Shown piece by piece: positions 47,143 to 57,721 of a stretch of DNA of 64,000 nucleotides (positions within the stretch are counted from its first letter, which is position 1; each line of letters begins with the position of its first letter). The position numbers and the translations under genes were made by a program. The DNA lies in the NCBI GenBank assembly GCA_964560655.1, contig CAZLLR010000001.1:36202-100201 (forward strand), read 5' to 3'. A model generated the notes under the pieces. That model had not been told where the DNA came from and searched no databases. It saw only the letters and a list, made by a program, of their open reading frames with translations. The stretch comes from an uncultured Candidatus Saccharibacteria bacterium. GTDB lineage: Bacteria; Patescibacteriota; Minisyncoccia; GCA-002772825.

Positions 47143-48330
47143 TTAATTCCCATTCATATCAACTATCAGCCCACCCCAAGTAAAATCCTTGGCTCCCAAA
47201 CCTTCACCAGTTTGCGGGTTAAAATACTCTCTAAATCCAGATTTTTTTATAAGTTCTATGGATTTCTTTTTTATATCATCGGCTATATCAGTAAAACCAT
47301 AGTTCAATAATCCTTTATGAATAATCCAATTTGTGGCAATCCATGTTGGACCACGCCAAAATCCGCTAGGGTCAAAAGACGGCTCATCGATAGATACAGT
47401 AGGTACCGAATATTCTAATTGAAATTCTTTGTTATTTAAAAGATGCTTTTCTACAAGCTCTTTCGCCTCTCCTTGAGTCAGTATATTAGCAAAGAGGGGG
47501 GAGAAAATAGCCCATGTCTTTAGTTTTATCTTTTGGTAATCTTCTCCATAAGTTGACCAGAAAAGACCATCTTCATACATAAGAGTTCTCATTGCTTTTA
47601 TTATCATCTCTCTTTTTTTATTAAAATAAGCAACGTCGTGACTATTGCCAAGCTTTTCAGCAATACTAGAGAGTGCCCGTAAATTTTCCACCATAATGAC
47701 ATTAAACGGTACATCTTTAACCCAAAAAAAATTCTTCATACAAAATGGTGCATCAAAGTTACATGTTTTATTTTCTTTTACCAATAGCAGTCTTTTCTCT
47801 AAGCTCTTTTCCCTGGTCTGTACAGGGGGCAGGTTGAGCAGAGTATCAAACCTTGGAGAATTATCCTCCCCGGACTCATCTGGGTCAATAATACCGATGA
47901 GGTCATTCTCGTGCGGATCACGGTCATTTATAAGATATTTGTAGAAGTGGAATAGAGGAATATAGATACTCTTCAAGAACTCTAGGTCACTATCTTTTTG
48001 AAATATCTGCCAAGCAGCATAAGCAAGCATTGGCGGCTGAGTAATACTACTTGTGCCGTCTTTTCCCCAATCAAAGTTTATAACATCCTTCTTTTCCCAG
48101 TAGATCATATGTGGCACCATGCCATTGTTAAACTGTTTAGAAATAATAGAGAGGAGTTCTTTTTTAGCATCTTCTACATTAAAATGGCTTAGAATTATAG
48201 CGTGGAAACATGAGTCCCAAAGCCATTGGTATGGGTATGTTATAGGAGAGGGAACAGTGTATTGGTGTTCTCCGGAGGTTCTCCTATTCTTCAGCATAAG
48301 GTCCAGTACCGACTTTTTAATATCATCCAT
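47143..48330 (-). CDS. MGH1-like (GH63/trehalase-type) glycoside hydrolase
   Basis: YPYQWLWDSCFH, QPP, ESGEDNSPRFD, FWRGPTW, GFREYFNP. Confidence 0.88.
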   Translation of the reverse strand: MDDIKKSVLDLMLKNRRTSGEHQYTVPSPITYPYQWLWDSCFHAIILSHFNVEDAKKELLSIISKQFNNGMVPHMIYWEKKDVINFDWGKDGTSSITQPPMLAYAAWQIFQKDSDLEFLKSIYIPLFHFYKYLINDRDPHENDLIGIIDPDESGEDNSPRFDTLLNLPPVQTREKSLEKRLLLVKENKTCNFDAPFCMKNFFWVKDVPFNVIMVENLRALSSIAEKLGNSHDVAYFNKKREMIIKAMRTLMYEDGLFWSTYGEDYQKIKLKTWAIFSPLFANILTQGEAKELVEKHLLNNKEFQLEYSVPTVSIDEPSFDPSGFWRGPTWIATNWIIHKGLLNYGFTDIADDIKKKSIELIKKSGFREYFNPQTGEGLGAKDFTWGGLIVDMNGN

Positions 48331-48341
48331 ATTTTATCTTT

Positions 48342-49169
48342 TTAATAAATTAAGACTTGAACTTCTTTTATTATTTTACTGGCTCTTTGCCTGTTGAAGC
48401 CAAATATTCTTATAAGATCATCGGCGGTATAAGGAGCAAGGTCACGAGCTAACATCATATTATGCTTAACGAATTCTCCTTGTGCAAATTTATTTACAGC
48501 AGGTAATACTGTAATAGGGTAAAGCTTGTTCTTTAAGATAATATCTTTAAGTCCTTCTTTTGCAGGATGCCTCCAACTCGTCATCTTAAGCCCCCTACAG
48601 CGACCGTATCTTACTGCAGTCTTAGTGAACTCAGTGTTCGTTATAAGCCACATCTTATGATTATGATGCGAGGATTCTTTTCTCTCTTTTGTATAAGCTA
48701 TATCGATAAGACGCGCGTCCGCATACATTGCCACGTCAATGTGAGTCTTAATGCCCGAGCTATTGTGATACTTAGCTTCTACAAGAAAATGTTCGTCACC
48801 TTTCTCAGCCACAAGGTCCACTTCGTGAGTCACACACCTGCCTTTCATCATTTGATTTAATTTTACATCATAGTTTAAGGAGCTTATAACTACGCTTAGA
48901 AATTTTTCAAAATTAAAACCGGCAGGACCAAGCTCTGCGATACCCCTCTTGAGACTATAATTTGCCGCCACTGTAAAATTATCTTTCATAAGATATTGCG
49001 AAGCCCTCCTAAAGATCTGACTAGTCGTCATCCCTGGCTTTACTTCACCTCCAATCCTAGAACAGACATTTTCTACTAAATCACCGGGGGCACCAGCCTT
49101 CTTCAAAGAAAGACAAAACTTATTCTTACTGAAAGGCTCTTTTTCTCCCGATGCTTTTATAATTTCCAT
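48342..49169 (-). CDS. ATP-cone plus Mrr-like restriction endonuclease domain protein
   Basis: IIKASGEKEPF, LGPAGFNFE, HEVD...VEAKYHN. Confidence 0.8.
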   Translation of the reverse strand: MEIIKASGEKEPFSKNKFCLSLKKAGAPGDLVENVCSRIGGEVKPGMTTSQIFRRASQYLMKDNFTVAANYSLKRGIAELGPAGFNFEKFLSVVISSLNYDVKLNQMMKGRCVTHEVDLVAEKGDEHFLVEAKYHNSSGIKTHIDVAMYADARLIDIAYTKERKESSHHNHKMWLITNTEFTKTAVRYGRCRGLKMTSWRHPAKEGLKDIILKNKLYPITVLPAVNKFAQGEFVKHNMMLARDLAPYTADDLIRIFGFNRQRASKIIKEVQVLIY

Positions 49170-49284
49170 AATTAGATTATATACCAATTTCAAGTATTAA
49201 TAAATTTGACATGTTAAGAAAGTTATTAAAAAATACCCGAAATGTCGGATATTTTTTCTTTTTTAATCTCCCAGATTGTAAATA

Positions 49285-49908
49285 TTATTCTTTTACTACA
49301 ACTTCACTTATCACAATAGATTCAACAGGTATATCTCTTTCTGCTGTCTCTACTTTAGCTATAGCATCAACCACCTCCATACCACTTATAACCTTCCCAA
49401 AGACAGGGTGCTTACTTGCCATAGGCTCTTTATCAAAATCTAAGAAAACATTATCACCAAGATTAATAAAGAACTGACTTCCTCCAGAGTTTGGCCCACT
49501 ATTTGCCATAGATATAGTTCCTCGTAGATTTGAAAGTCCTTCTACAAATTCATCTTCTATCGCATAACCTGGCCCACCTGTACCATATTTTGAATTATCT
49601 TCTTCTTTAGAGTTGGGGTCTCCACCCTGTATCATGAAGTCGCTTATAACTCTATGGAATTTTGTTTTATTATAAAAACCTTCTTTAGAAAGCTTCAAGA
49701 AATTACCTGCTGTTACTGGCATCTTGTCTACAAAAAGTTCTATCCCTATGTCACCTTTATTTGTCTTAAGTATTATTGTTGGATTATTCATTTTTTCTTT
49801 TTCTATTGTTATATTATCATCCTGTGTATTTGGAAAGGCGTATATCCAAGCCAAAACACCTACTATAATAATTGCTATTGCTATTAATAATGTTTTTGTA
49901 CTATTCAT
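49285..49908 (-). CDS. Cyclophilin-type peptidyl-prolyl isomerase, membrane anchored
   Basis: FHRVISDFMIQGGDP, SMANSGPNSGGSQFFI, HPVFG. Confidence 0.95.
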   Translation of the reverse strand: MNSTKTLLIAIAIIIVGVLAWIYAFPNTQDDNITIEKEKMNNPTIILKTNKGDIGIELFVDKMPVTAGNFLKLSKEGFYNKTKFHRVISDFMIQGGDPNSKEEDNSKYGTGGPGYAIEDEFVEGLSNLRGTISMANSGPNSGGSQFFINLGDNVFLDFDKEPMASKHPVFGKVISGMEVVDAIAKVETAERDIPVESIVISEVVVKE

Positions 49909-49988
49909 ATAAAGTTAACTGTTATGCTTTTAATTTCCGTCTATATCTAGTATATTATAAGTATTATCAATTAAATTTCAAATAAGCT

Positions 49989-50564
49989 ATGGGTAAAATA
50001 AATAAAAACTATATATACATCGCTATTGTCGTATTAATAATTGCCGGGCTGTATATAACAAAGACAAAAAATAAAGATGTATCACTTGAAGTTATCGACG
50101 ATAATTCCAGCTTCGGTAATATTGAAGACCAAGACTTAACAGCTAATTTACTGGAAAGTGCCACAGAAAAGACGGCGAAGATGATGACTCTTGAGATCTA
50201 TCTTCCTAATTCCAATATGATTATTAATACTGAAGATAGTTGCAAAGAAGTCTTTCCTGTAAAACGTACTGTTACAGAAACAATCGCCCCAGCCAGGGCT
50301 TCCCTTAAAGAACTCTTCAGGGGGCCGACAAAGGAAGAGGAAAAACTAGGTTTCAGCACCTCTCTCTCTAAAGACATAAAAATCCAAAAATTAACCATAG
50401 AAGAAGGAGTAGCAATAGTGGATATTAATACTTTAAATACAGGAGAAGTTGAGATGTGTGACGTAAAACAGGCTTACAAAGAACTCTCAGAGACGCTAAA
50501 ACAATTTCCAACAGTAGATGAAGTTTCCATCTCGATCAATGATGAAGATACGAAATCATTTTAA
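49989..50564 (+). CDS. GerMN domain membrane-anchored protein
   Basis: VFPVKR..ELFRGPT..E, TLKQFPTVDEV. Confidence 0.8.
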   Translation: MGKINKNYIYIAIVVLIIAGLYITKTKNKDVSLEVIDDNSSFGNIEDQDLTANLLESATEKTAKMMTLEIYLPNSNMIINTEDSCKEVFPVKRTVTETIAPARASLKELFRGPTKEEEKLGFSTSLSKDIKIQKLTIEEGVAIVDINTLNTGEVEMCDVKQAYKELSETLKQFPTVDEVSISINDEDTKSF

Positions 50565-50638
50565 GCTTATCTTCTATAAATTTTATAAAAAATATCTCGT
50601 CATAAGACGAGATATTTTTTATAGAAACAAGAATTGAT

Positions 50639-50941
50639 TTAACCCCTCTTCTTAAGCCAGCAATTCCTACATGTTACAGGAGTACCTTCTCTTGGTTCAA
50701 AAGGAAGCTGATTAATAGCGCCTCCACAGTCACTACAGGTCCAATTGCCTTCAATCATTTTTTTTGGAGATAGATCCTTTTTACCTGCTCCAGCACTATG
50801 GCAATCTTTACAAGTGAGTTGAGCTAACCTTGAAGGATCTGGGTCAAACGGAAGCTGGTTAATCTCTCCTCCACACTTACCACATTTCCAGTTTCCTTGA
50901 AACATTTTTCTAGGAGAATCATCAAATTTTCCAAACGCCAT
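50639..50941 (-). CDS. Tandem CxxC-x17-CxxC zinc-ribbon protein
   Basis: Two repeats WxCxxCGxxInqLPFxP...CxxC. Confidence 0.85.
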   Translation of the reverse strand: MAFGKFDDSPRKMFQGNWKCGKCGGEINQLPFDPDPSRLAQLTCKDCHSAGAGKKDLSPKKMIEGNWTCSDCGGAINQLPFEPREGTPVTCRNCWLKKRG

Positions 50942-51136
50942 ACTAAATACTATTTTTCTTAATTTAAATAAAACGACCTTTTAATTTTAAGCCTTCTTAG
51001 TTATTAGAATCTGTTTTTAAACTTTTCAAAAAACAGATTCTAATAAGGTCTCTCGACTTATTTAAAAACAATTTTATATCTATTGAGCAGAAAGTCAAGA
51101 AATAAGTCAATCAAACGATACTCCTTATCCTTCTGA

Positions 51137-52318
51137 CTAGGTAGTTAGTATGTCTATCAATCTATCTGGCTTAGAATTAAAATATTTTTTAGTAGCAATA
51201 GTCAAAAGATACGGGTCACATCCATTTTTCTTAATCTCATTATCATTATCTAACACAAATCTTTCTGGCGCACTAATAAGTTTCTCATCTATAAGGGAAC
51301 TAACTTTTTCAATCTTTTTTAACCCTTTAGCTAAGGTGCTAAGACCTGATTCTTCAACCCATCTTCTATGTTTTTTTGCACCTATATTTATAAGAGCTTG
51401 TTCAATAGGCAATATAGACCGCAAGTGATGCAGGTGACTTGCTTGACCAGCACAATCCTCAGAGAAAGAACGATACCCGAAGCCTGTCTCAAGAGAAAAA
51501 GAGGATCTGATAATACTCTCTAAGTGACTTGGTGTAATATCTCCCTCATCAAGAAAAAATAATGAATGAAGGATATCTGAACTAATAGTCTTAATAGGTC
51601 CATTACTATCAATAGCCATACACAACTGCCCCGTGTTCCTGCTAAAGAGATAATTAATAAGATAATCTTTCATAAATTTTATTGCTGGCTCTAAAGAATC
51701 GTCTTTAAGTAAGAACGAGGCACTCTTTAATGCGCGCATATTTTGAATATGAGCAAGTGAATAAGAAATAGGGTAGACGGGTTCGCCATCTTCTCTTCCC
51801 AATATTTCTGAATCTTTCCAATATGTAACCTTCAAAGCAAAATGATTACTTCCGCAAAAGGAAGGGTCTTCAATAAATGAATATCCGTTTAGATGATTTT
51901 TTATTAATTTTACTGCTTGTCTTATGTTATCTTTATGCACCTCAGCAAAATAATCGTCTCCAGACATTTTCTGGTAAACCTCATGGCCTATAAGAAAAAG
52001 TGCTGTTGTATCACAAGCATTGTACTCGTTTGAAAGACCTCTCTTCTGCGAAGAAGGGAATTCATTAAATATTTTTCCAGGCTCTTCTCCAGAGAAAGGA
52101 TCTTTTTTCGAACCCTGCCTTTCCGCGCATAGAGAAAGTTGGTCTTTAAGCATCTCTTCGTCCATCATCAATATAGATGAAAGAAGACCGTCTCGAGACG
52201 AATTCTTCATGACATTAGGAAACCCAGAGCAGTAAATATCAAAATCTCCATAATGAACACTAAGACGCTCCAGCCCTTCGTCTGGAGTTAATGATCTAGA
52301 GTCATCAGCAAATATCAT
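51137..52318 (-). CDS. Amylo-alpha-1,6-glucosidase/glycogen-debranching-like glycoside hydrolase
   Basis: SRDG, EEPGKIFNE, CDTTALFLI, YWKDS. Confidence 0.7.
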   Translation of the reverse strand: MIFADDSRSLTPDEGLERLSVHYGDFDIYCSGFPNVMKNSSRDGLLSSILMMDEEMLKDQLSLCAERQGSKKDPFSGEEPGKIFNEFPSSQKRGLSNEYNACDTTALFLIGHEVYQKMSGDDYFAEVHKDNIRQAVKLIKNHLNGYSFIEDPSFCGSNHFALKVTYWKDSEILGREDGEPVYPISYSLAHIQNMRALKSASFLLKDDSLEPAIKFMKDYLINYLFSRNTGQLCMAIDSNGPIKTISSDILHSLFFLDEGDITPSHLESIIRSSFSLETGFGYRSFSEDCAGQASHLHHLRSILPIEQALINIGAKKHRRWVEESGLSTLAKGLKKIEKVSSLIDEKLISAPERFVLDNDNEIKKNGCDPYLLTIATKKYFNSKPDRLIDILTT

Positions 52319-52407
52319 TCTTACATTATAAACTATAAAAAATAATTAAGAAACAATAAAATCTAAGTATTTTTAAAATACCTCCCATTAAAGACACTAG
52401 GTTCTCC

Positions 52408-53592
52408 CTATTTCAATAATTCAATATCTTTTAAAATATTTTTAATTATTTTTTGTACATTAAATACTTTTTCTGTTTTTTTTATCTCACTCAAATCAGC
52501 CCTCGTTTCAGGTTTCTTAGGAAGAAAGAGGGAGCAACAGTCTTCATGTGGAATGATAGATATATCATAAGTGCCTATCTCTAAAGCTTTCTGTATAATT
52601 TCCTTTTTATCAAAACCAATTAGTGGTCGGAGAATAAGCATTCGGACAGCGTCTTGTGTGGCAGTAATATTCTCTGCTGTCTGAGAAGCAACCTGCCCTA
52701 AAGATTCTCCTGTACCCAAAACTATAATTTTTTCTTTTCTAGCGACCTCTTCAGCAACCTTAAACATAAACCGCCTATAAAATATTATCCTAAACTTATC
52801 TGGAGCACTCAGCATAATCTCCTTTTGAGTCTCGGCAAATGGGACAAAATAAATTTTAGATTTATGTTGAAAATTACTTAAAACACCAATAAGACTCTTT
52901 ACTTTATCTAAAGAACTTTGAGACGTGTAGGGAAGAGAATGAAAATGTATGTAAGATACCTCAAGACCTCTCTTCATAAGGTAATAAGCAGCAACAGGAG
53001 AATCTATCCCCCCAGACACAAGAAGAAGAGCCTTGCCGGATACGCCAATAGGCAAACCGCCGAGACCTTTTATTTTGCTAAAATAAATAAAAGCAAAATT
53101 ATCAACTATCTCTATAAAACAATTAAGTGCAGGTTTTTCTAATTTTACTTTTATACCACCTATATTATCGAGTATATACCCACCCACTTTCATATTCACA
53201 TCTTGAGAAGTAAACGGCAGGTCTTTCTTAGACCTCTGAGTTGTCACCCTAAAGGTCTTGAACTTTCTCGTGTTCGCCAAACTCAATGCCTTTGCCTTGA
53301 TAGACTCAATATCCTGAGGCGAAGAAAAAGCAAAAGTAAAATAAGCAATACCGAAAGTCCGGCTAAAAATCTTTTCTATATTTTTAATATTCTTTTTACC
53401 TTTTAGAGAAAGCTTAACCAACAATCTTCCTGAAATTCGCTTAACATATTCAAAATCACCTGGTGACCCTAACGTTAAACCAGTCTTTATATTCTCTATT
53501 AATTTATCTTCAAAAAACTTTCTATTTTTACCCTTAAGCCCTATCTCATCATAATGGCAAATTGCATAGTCATAAAAAGTATCCTTTTTCAT
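52408..53592 (-). CDS. thiI: tRNA 4-thiouridine synthase ThiI
   Basis: YDEIGLKGKNR, THUMP domain, SGGIDSPVA, GESLGQVASQT, EDCC. Confidence 0.95.
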   Translation of the reverse strand: MKKDTFYDYAICHYDEIGLKGKNRKFFEDKLIENIKTGLTLGSPGDFEYVKRISGRLLVKLSLKGKKNIKNIEKIFSRTFGIAYFTFAFSSPQDIESIKAKALSLANTRKFKTFRVTTQRSKKDLPFTSQDVNMKVGGYILDNIGGIKVKLEKPALNCFIEIVDNFAFIYFSKIKGLGGLPIGVSGKALLLVSGGIDSPVAAYYLMKRGLEVSYIHFHSLPYTSQSSLDKVKSLIGVLSNFQHKSKIYFVPFAETQKEIMLSAPDKFRIIFYRRFMFKVAEEVARKEKIIVLGTGESLGQVASQTAENITATQDAVRMLILRPLIGFDKKEIIQKALEIGTYDISIIPHEDCCSLFLPKKPETRADLSEIKKTEKVFNVQKIIKNILKDIELLK

Positions 53593-53682
53593 ATTTGATT
53601 TTTATAACACGGATACATCTTAAAAACAATCAAGTAGCACACCCTTTAAAACTTCCACTAAATAAGCAATAATAACTTTATT

Positions 53683-54450
53683 ATGAAGAGTAAAATCTTA
53701 AATATTTACAAGCCCCTTGGCCTTTCACCACTTGAGGCAATAAGACGCTTTATAGAGCAAAATAGAGCCTATGAGGAGCTTAAGATGACCTACGCTGGCC
53801 GACTTGATCCTATGGCTGAAGGGGTGCTTTTAGTGTTAGCAGGGGATGCCGTCCACGAGAAAGATCAGTATCTTAAAGTGGAAAAAGAATATGAAGCTGA
53901 AATCTTGTTCAGCCTTGAGACTGACACTTACGATACACTAGGCCTGCCTGTGGAAAAAGAAAGGGTTATAATAACAGAAGAAAAAATACAAAAAGAAGTC
54001 GCTAAACTTAAAGGAAATATCTCTCTGCCTCTACCTGCTTACTCTTCTTATAAGGTAAAAAGTAAACCCCTTTTTATTTGGGCAAGGGCCGGCAAATTAG
54101 ATGAAGTTGAAATACCTATAAGAAAGACTAAAATATATAGTATAAAATATTTGAGAAGCTACGAAATTGATAAGATAAAACTCAATAAGGTAATACAGAA
54201 ACGGATTGATAAAGTCTCCGGAGACTTCAGGCAAGAAGAGATAAAAACTCAATGGAAGAAACTATTAAAAAATGAAGCGGTTGAAAAATTTAAGGTAGCG
54301 AGGATAAAATTCACCGTATCAAGCGGGACATACATAAGGTCTATAGCTCACGAACTCGGAGGGCGCCTCGGCACAAGCGCTATTCTTTTTTCCCTTATAC
54401 GAACAAGAGTAGGGGGGTATGAAATAAAGGATTCTATTAAACTTACTTGA
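53683..54450 (+). CDS. truB: tRNA pseudouridine(55) synthase TruB-like
   Basis: YKPLG, AGRLDPMAEG, SSGTYIRS, LIRTRVG. Confidence 0.85.
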   Translation: MKSKILNIYKPLGLSPLEAIRRFIEQNRAYEELKMTYAGRLDPMAEGVLLVLAGDAVHEKDQYLKVEKEYEAEILFSLETDTYDTLGLPVEKERVIITEEKIQKEVAKLKGNISLPLPAYSSYKVKSKPLFIWARAGKLDEVEIPIRKTKIYSIKYLRSYEIDKIKLNKVIQKRIDKVSGDFRQEEIKTQWKKLLKNEAVEKFKVARIKFTVSSGTYIRSIAHELGGRLGTSAILFSLIRTRVGGYEIKDSIKLT

Positions 54451-54488
54451 ACGGCTCAACCGGTTGAGCCGTTCAAGTAAGTTTAATA
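54435..54488. repeat. 54-bp perfect loopless palindrome overlapping the truB stop
   Basis: TATTAAACTTACTTGAACGGCTCAACC|GGTTGAGCCGTTCAAGTAAGTTTAATA. Confidence 0.9.
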
Positions 54489-54564
54489 TAAAGAGACGCT
54501 TAGATAGTTAAATATTTTTTTATTTACTATTTTACACTCAGGATTTTAATGATATAATAGAAGC

Positions 54565-55017
54565 ATGAAAATAAGTCAAAAATTACATCAGTTTACAGAC
54601 GAGAAAGCCCTTATCATCATAACGGGTGCACAAGAAGCTGATTTCCACATAGCTTCAGACAGTGAGATAGACAAGATCGATTCATTCAAACTTGAGAAAA
54701 TTCACTTCTCTGATAGTGAAGGATTTTTCGACAGATCAGGTGGAGGAGGGGAAACAGGTGTTTCAGGCTCAATCAAAGAACCTCCAAAAGAAGAGTATCG
54801 GCAGAAATTCCTTAAAGAGCTAACGGCTCATCTTAAAGATATAGAAGGCAAGCAAGAGATAACAGGCGTCTATCTCTTCACTCCGGACTACTTAATCAAC
54901 ATGGTAAAAGATACAATGTCAAAAGAATTACAAGGCAAGATAAAGTTTACAGCAAAAGGCAATTACTACCATGAACATCCTTTCGAATTAATAAAAAAAA
55001 TAAGTCCTACCAAGTAA
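54565..55017 (+). CDS. Hypothetical protein, host-attachment/baeRF-like
   Basis: FSDSEGFF, FLKEL..L, YLFTP, GNY..HPFEL. Confidence 0.5.
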   Translation: MKISQKLHQFTDEKALIIITGAQEADFHIASDSEIDKIDSFKLEKIHFSDSEGFFDRSGGGGETGVSGSIKEPPKEEYRQKFLKELTAHLKDIEGKQEITGVYLFTPDYLINMVKDTMSKELQGKIKFTAKGNYYHEHPFELIKKISPTK

Positions 55018-55021
55018 ATAT

Positions 55022-55267
55022 ATGTTTGATAAATTAAAACAGTTAAAGCAAATGAAAAATATGTCTCAATCTATCCAGAGCGAAAAGATAGAGGCCGAAG
55101 AGGAGGGGACTCGTGTCGTGATAAACTGCGCATTTATGGTAGAGGAAATCTCGCTAAACCCAGAAATAGATAAAGATAGGCAAGAAGTAGTCTTAAAAAA
55201 CTGTCTTAATAAAGCAGTTAAAAAAGCTCAGATGGCAGTTGCAAAGAAATTCTCAGGCTTAATGTAA
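55022..55267 (+). CDS. YbaB/EbfC nucleoid-associated protein
   Basis: MFDKLKQL.., VVIN..VEEISL, NKAVKKAQ. Confidence 0.8.
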   Translation: MFDKLKQLKQMKNMSQSIQSEKIEAEEEGTRVVINCAFMVEEISLNPEIDKDRQEVVLKNCLNKAVKKAQMAVAKKFSGLM

Positions 55268-55337
55268 AATACTCCCTATATATTACCAAATTACACTATT
55301 TAGTGTAATTTTTTGGCAATATGATCGTCTATAATAT

Positions 55338-55838
55338 ATGAAAAAACGTTTTTTAAAAGCCTATAATGACTATTCCCCAAGTATCTTGAGGCATATCTAC
55401 TTTAGGGTAAATAATCAAGAGCTTGCTGAAGATTTAACCCAAGAAACCTTTTTTAAGACTTGGCGCTATATCTCAAAGAAAGACACTGAAATAGCTAATT
55501 TAAAGACCTTTTTATATAAGGTGGCCAATAATCTTATAATTGATTATTATCGACAAAAAAATAACAAAATGACAGTGGCAATCGACGAAGTTAGCGAAGA
55601 GTTCATCGCTACTGAATCCCAACAAGAGAAAGAAGCTGATCAGGCATTTGATAAAAAATTAGTAGAAAAATTTTTACTTAAACTTAAAGACGACCAAAAG
55701 CAGGTCCTCCTTTATCGCTATATTGATGATCTTAGTATATTAGAGATAAGTAAGTTAACTGGTAAGACAAAAGAAAATATAAGGGTCATAATCCACAGGG
55801 GATTAAAAGCGCTCAAGGAGCAAATGAAATATGATTAA
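55338..55838 (+). CDS. ECF RNA polymerase sigma factor
   Basis: AEDLTQETF, FLYKVANNLIIDYYR, EIS..GK...RVIIHRG. Confidence 0.92.
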   Translation: MKKRFLKAYNDYSPSILRHIYFRVNNQELAEDLTQETFFKTWRYISKKDTEIANLKTFLYKVANNLIIDYYRQKNNKMTVAIDEVSEEFIATESQQEKEADQAFDKKLVEKFLLKLKDDQKQVLLYRYIDDLSILEISKLTGKTKENIRVIIHRGLKALKEQMKYD

Positions 55839-56814
55839 AAATATAAAAATAATTAAAGAACTAAAAAGGCTCAAGAAGAAGCCTGTTAATCAAATTTTCT
55901 TAAACTCACTAAAAATGAGGCTTGAAGTGCTAGTAAAAACTAATCCTGTTGACGAAAGAGTGCGAAAACCTGTTCACCATACACTAAGAAGTATATTTAA
56001 ACTCCGAGTTGTTAAGGTGTCTTTTGCTGTATTTATGGTCACTCTACTTTTAGGCGCTAGTGCTGCGAGAGCTTCACAGGGAAGCTTGCCTGGGGAGAAA
56101 CTATATTCTATAAAAATATTTACTGAAGAAGTACGTTCTAAAACTACCTTAAAAAATAAAGACAGAGCAAGATTAAGTATGAGTTTTGCCGCCAAGCGTA
56201 TAAAAGAGATAGAAGAAATGTTAGAAGAAACTGAGATTGAGTCTGATAAGTTAGAAATAGCATTAAATCAATTTGAGAAAAATCTTACAAAAGCTACAAA
56301 TATCATGAGGGAAGAAAAAATGATAATTGATGATATAGGGGTTGAAACAGCAGAGATACACCAGGATATCAAAGAGAAAAAAGAGGTCCTAGAAAGAACT
56401 ATAAGGGAAAAGAAAGTACGTATGGAAGACAAAGAAAAAGAGATCGAAGAAAAGATAAAGCTAGCCACCCCTGAAGAAAAAGAAAATAATGAAACACTGA
56501 TAGACGAACTTATAGGGTTAAAAATAAATAAGGAGATTTTAGAGTTTAAAGAAAAAGACGTTCAAAAGATATTAGAAGATGCAGAAAAGACTGAGGAGAT
56601 AAAAGAGGCTGGAAGCAAAAATAGTACTCTCAAAGAACAAAGAGATGCGCAGTTAAAAATTGAAAGGAGGGAGGTATATAACAATAGAGAAATAATCAGG
56701 AGTAGAGAAGAAGCTGGAAAGGAAATAAGGAAAAAGGTATTAGAGAAGATTGAAAGTGACAGAAAAGAAAAAGCTGAAGAGGAAAAGAATTTTAAAGATA
56801 AGGATAAAGATTAA
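55831..56814 (+). CDS. DUF5667-type putative anti-sigma/coiled-coil protein
   Basis: Overlaps ECF sigma; TM then SLPGEKLYSIK..E. Confidence 0.75.
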   Translation: MIKNIKIIKELKRLKKKPVNQIFLNSLKMRLEVLVKTNPVDERVRKPVHHTLRSIFKLRVVKVSFAVFMVTLLLGASAARASQGSLPGEKLYSIKIFTEEVRSKTTLKNKDRARLSMSFAAKRIKEIEEMLEETEIESDKLEIALNQFEKNLTKATNIMREEKMIIDDIGVETAEIHQDIKEKKEVLERTIREKKVRMEDKEKEIEEKIKLATPEEKENNETLIDELIGLKINKEILEFKEKDVQKILEDAEKTEEIKEAGSKNSTLKEQRDAQLKIERREVYNNREIIRSREEAGKEIRKKVLEKIESDRKEKAEEEKNFKDKDKD

Positions 56815-56911
56815 TAGTGAAGTTATATACCTATTGATGTTTTTAGAAAACAAAGGGTATAATAGAGTAAAAGATATTAACTAAAGTTTATTGGCCTAAC
56901 AATAAAATAAT

Positions 56912-57706
56912 ATGGACTTAGATGATCGTATAAAAAAATATTTAAAGATAACTGGTATTTTTATAATGCTCGTCTTATCTTATACGGCACTATCATTTGC
57001 AGCTTCTTATTCTAGGTCAATAGACCCAGCATCCCTCAGAAGTTTTTCCGTGTCAGGTGAGGGTAAGGTAGTATCAATACCTAATGTAGCTCAGTTTAGC
57101 TTTAGTATAGTAACCGAAGGGGGAGTAAACGTTGCTGAATTACAAAAAGAAAATACTAATAAAGCGAACAAGGTGATTGATTTTGTAAAATCCAATGGAG
57201 TCGAAGAAAAAGATATTAAAACTCAAAACTATAACATAGAACCAAGGTATCAATATTTTTCTTGCAATAACAGAATTCTTACATCTGAGCCAAAGCCTTG
57301 TCCGCCTAGTGAAATAGTCGGATACACCATAAGGCAAACATTATTTGTAAAGATTCGGGACTTCGACAAGACGGGTGACATCCTAAGTGGAGTTGTCATA
57401 AGTGGTGCTAATAACATCTCATCTCTAAGTTTCACTATCGATGACGAGAAAGCCGTCCAGAAGGAAGCTAGAAATGTCGCCATAAAAGAAGCTAGAGATA
57501 AAGCTAAAGAGATTGCGAAAGCTGCAAAATTCAGATTAGGGGATATAATCTCCATCAATGAGGGATTCTCAAGCCCAATAGTACGCTATGGTATAGGTGG
57601 TGAAACTGCCATGAGCTTTAAAGATACGGGTGCACTGGCACCTTCTATAGAGCCAGGATCTCAAGATGTTGTCATAAATATAACTATACAATACGAGATA
57701 CGATAA
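56912..57706 (+). CDS. SIMPL (DUF541) domain protein
   Basis: SVSGEGKV..P, DIKTQNYNIEPRY, GANNI, IEPGSQ. Confidence 0.92.
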   Translation: MDLDDRIKKYLKITGIFIMLVLSYTALSFAASYSRSIDPASLRSFSVSGEGKVVSIPNVAQFSFSIVTEGGVNVAELQKENTNKANKVIDFVKSNGVEEKDIKTQNYNIEPRYQYFSCNNRILTSEPKPCPPSEIVGYTIRQTLFVKIRDFDKTGDILSGVVISGANNISSLSFTIDDEKAVQKEARNVAIKEARDKAKEIAKAAKFRLGDIISINEGFSSPIVRYGIGGETAMSFKDTGALAPSIEPGSQDVVINITIQYEIR

Positions 57707-57721
57707 TTTAACTAACAAACT

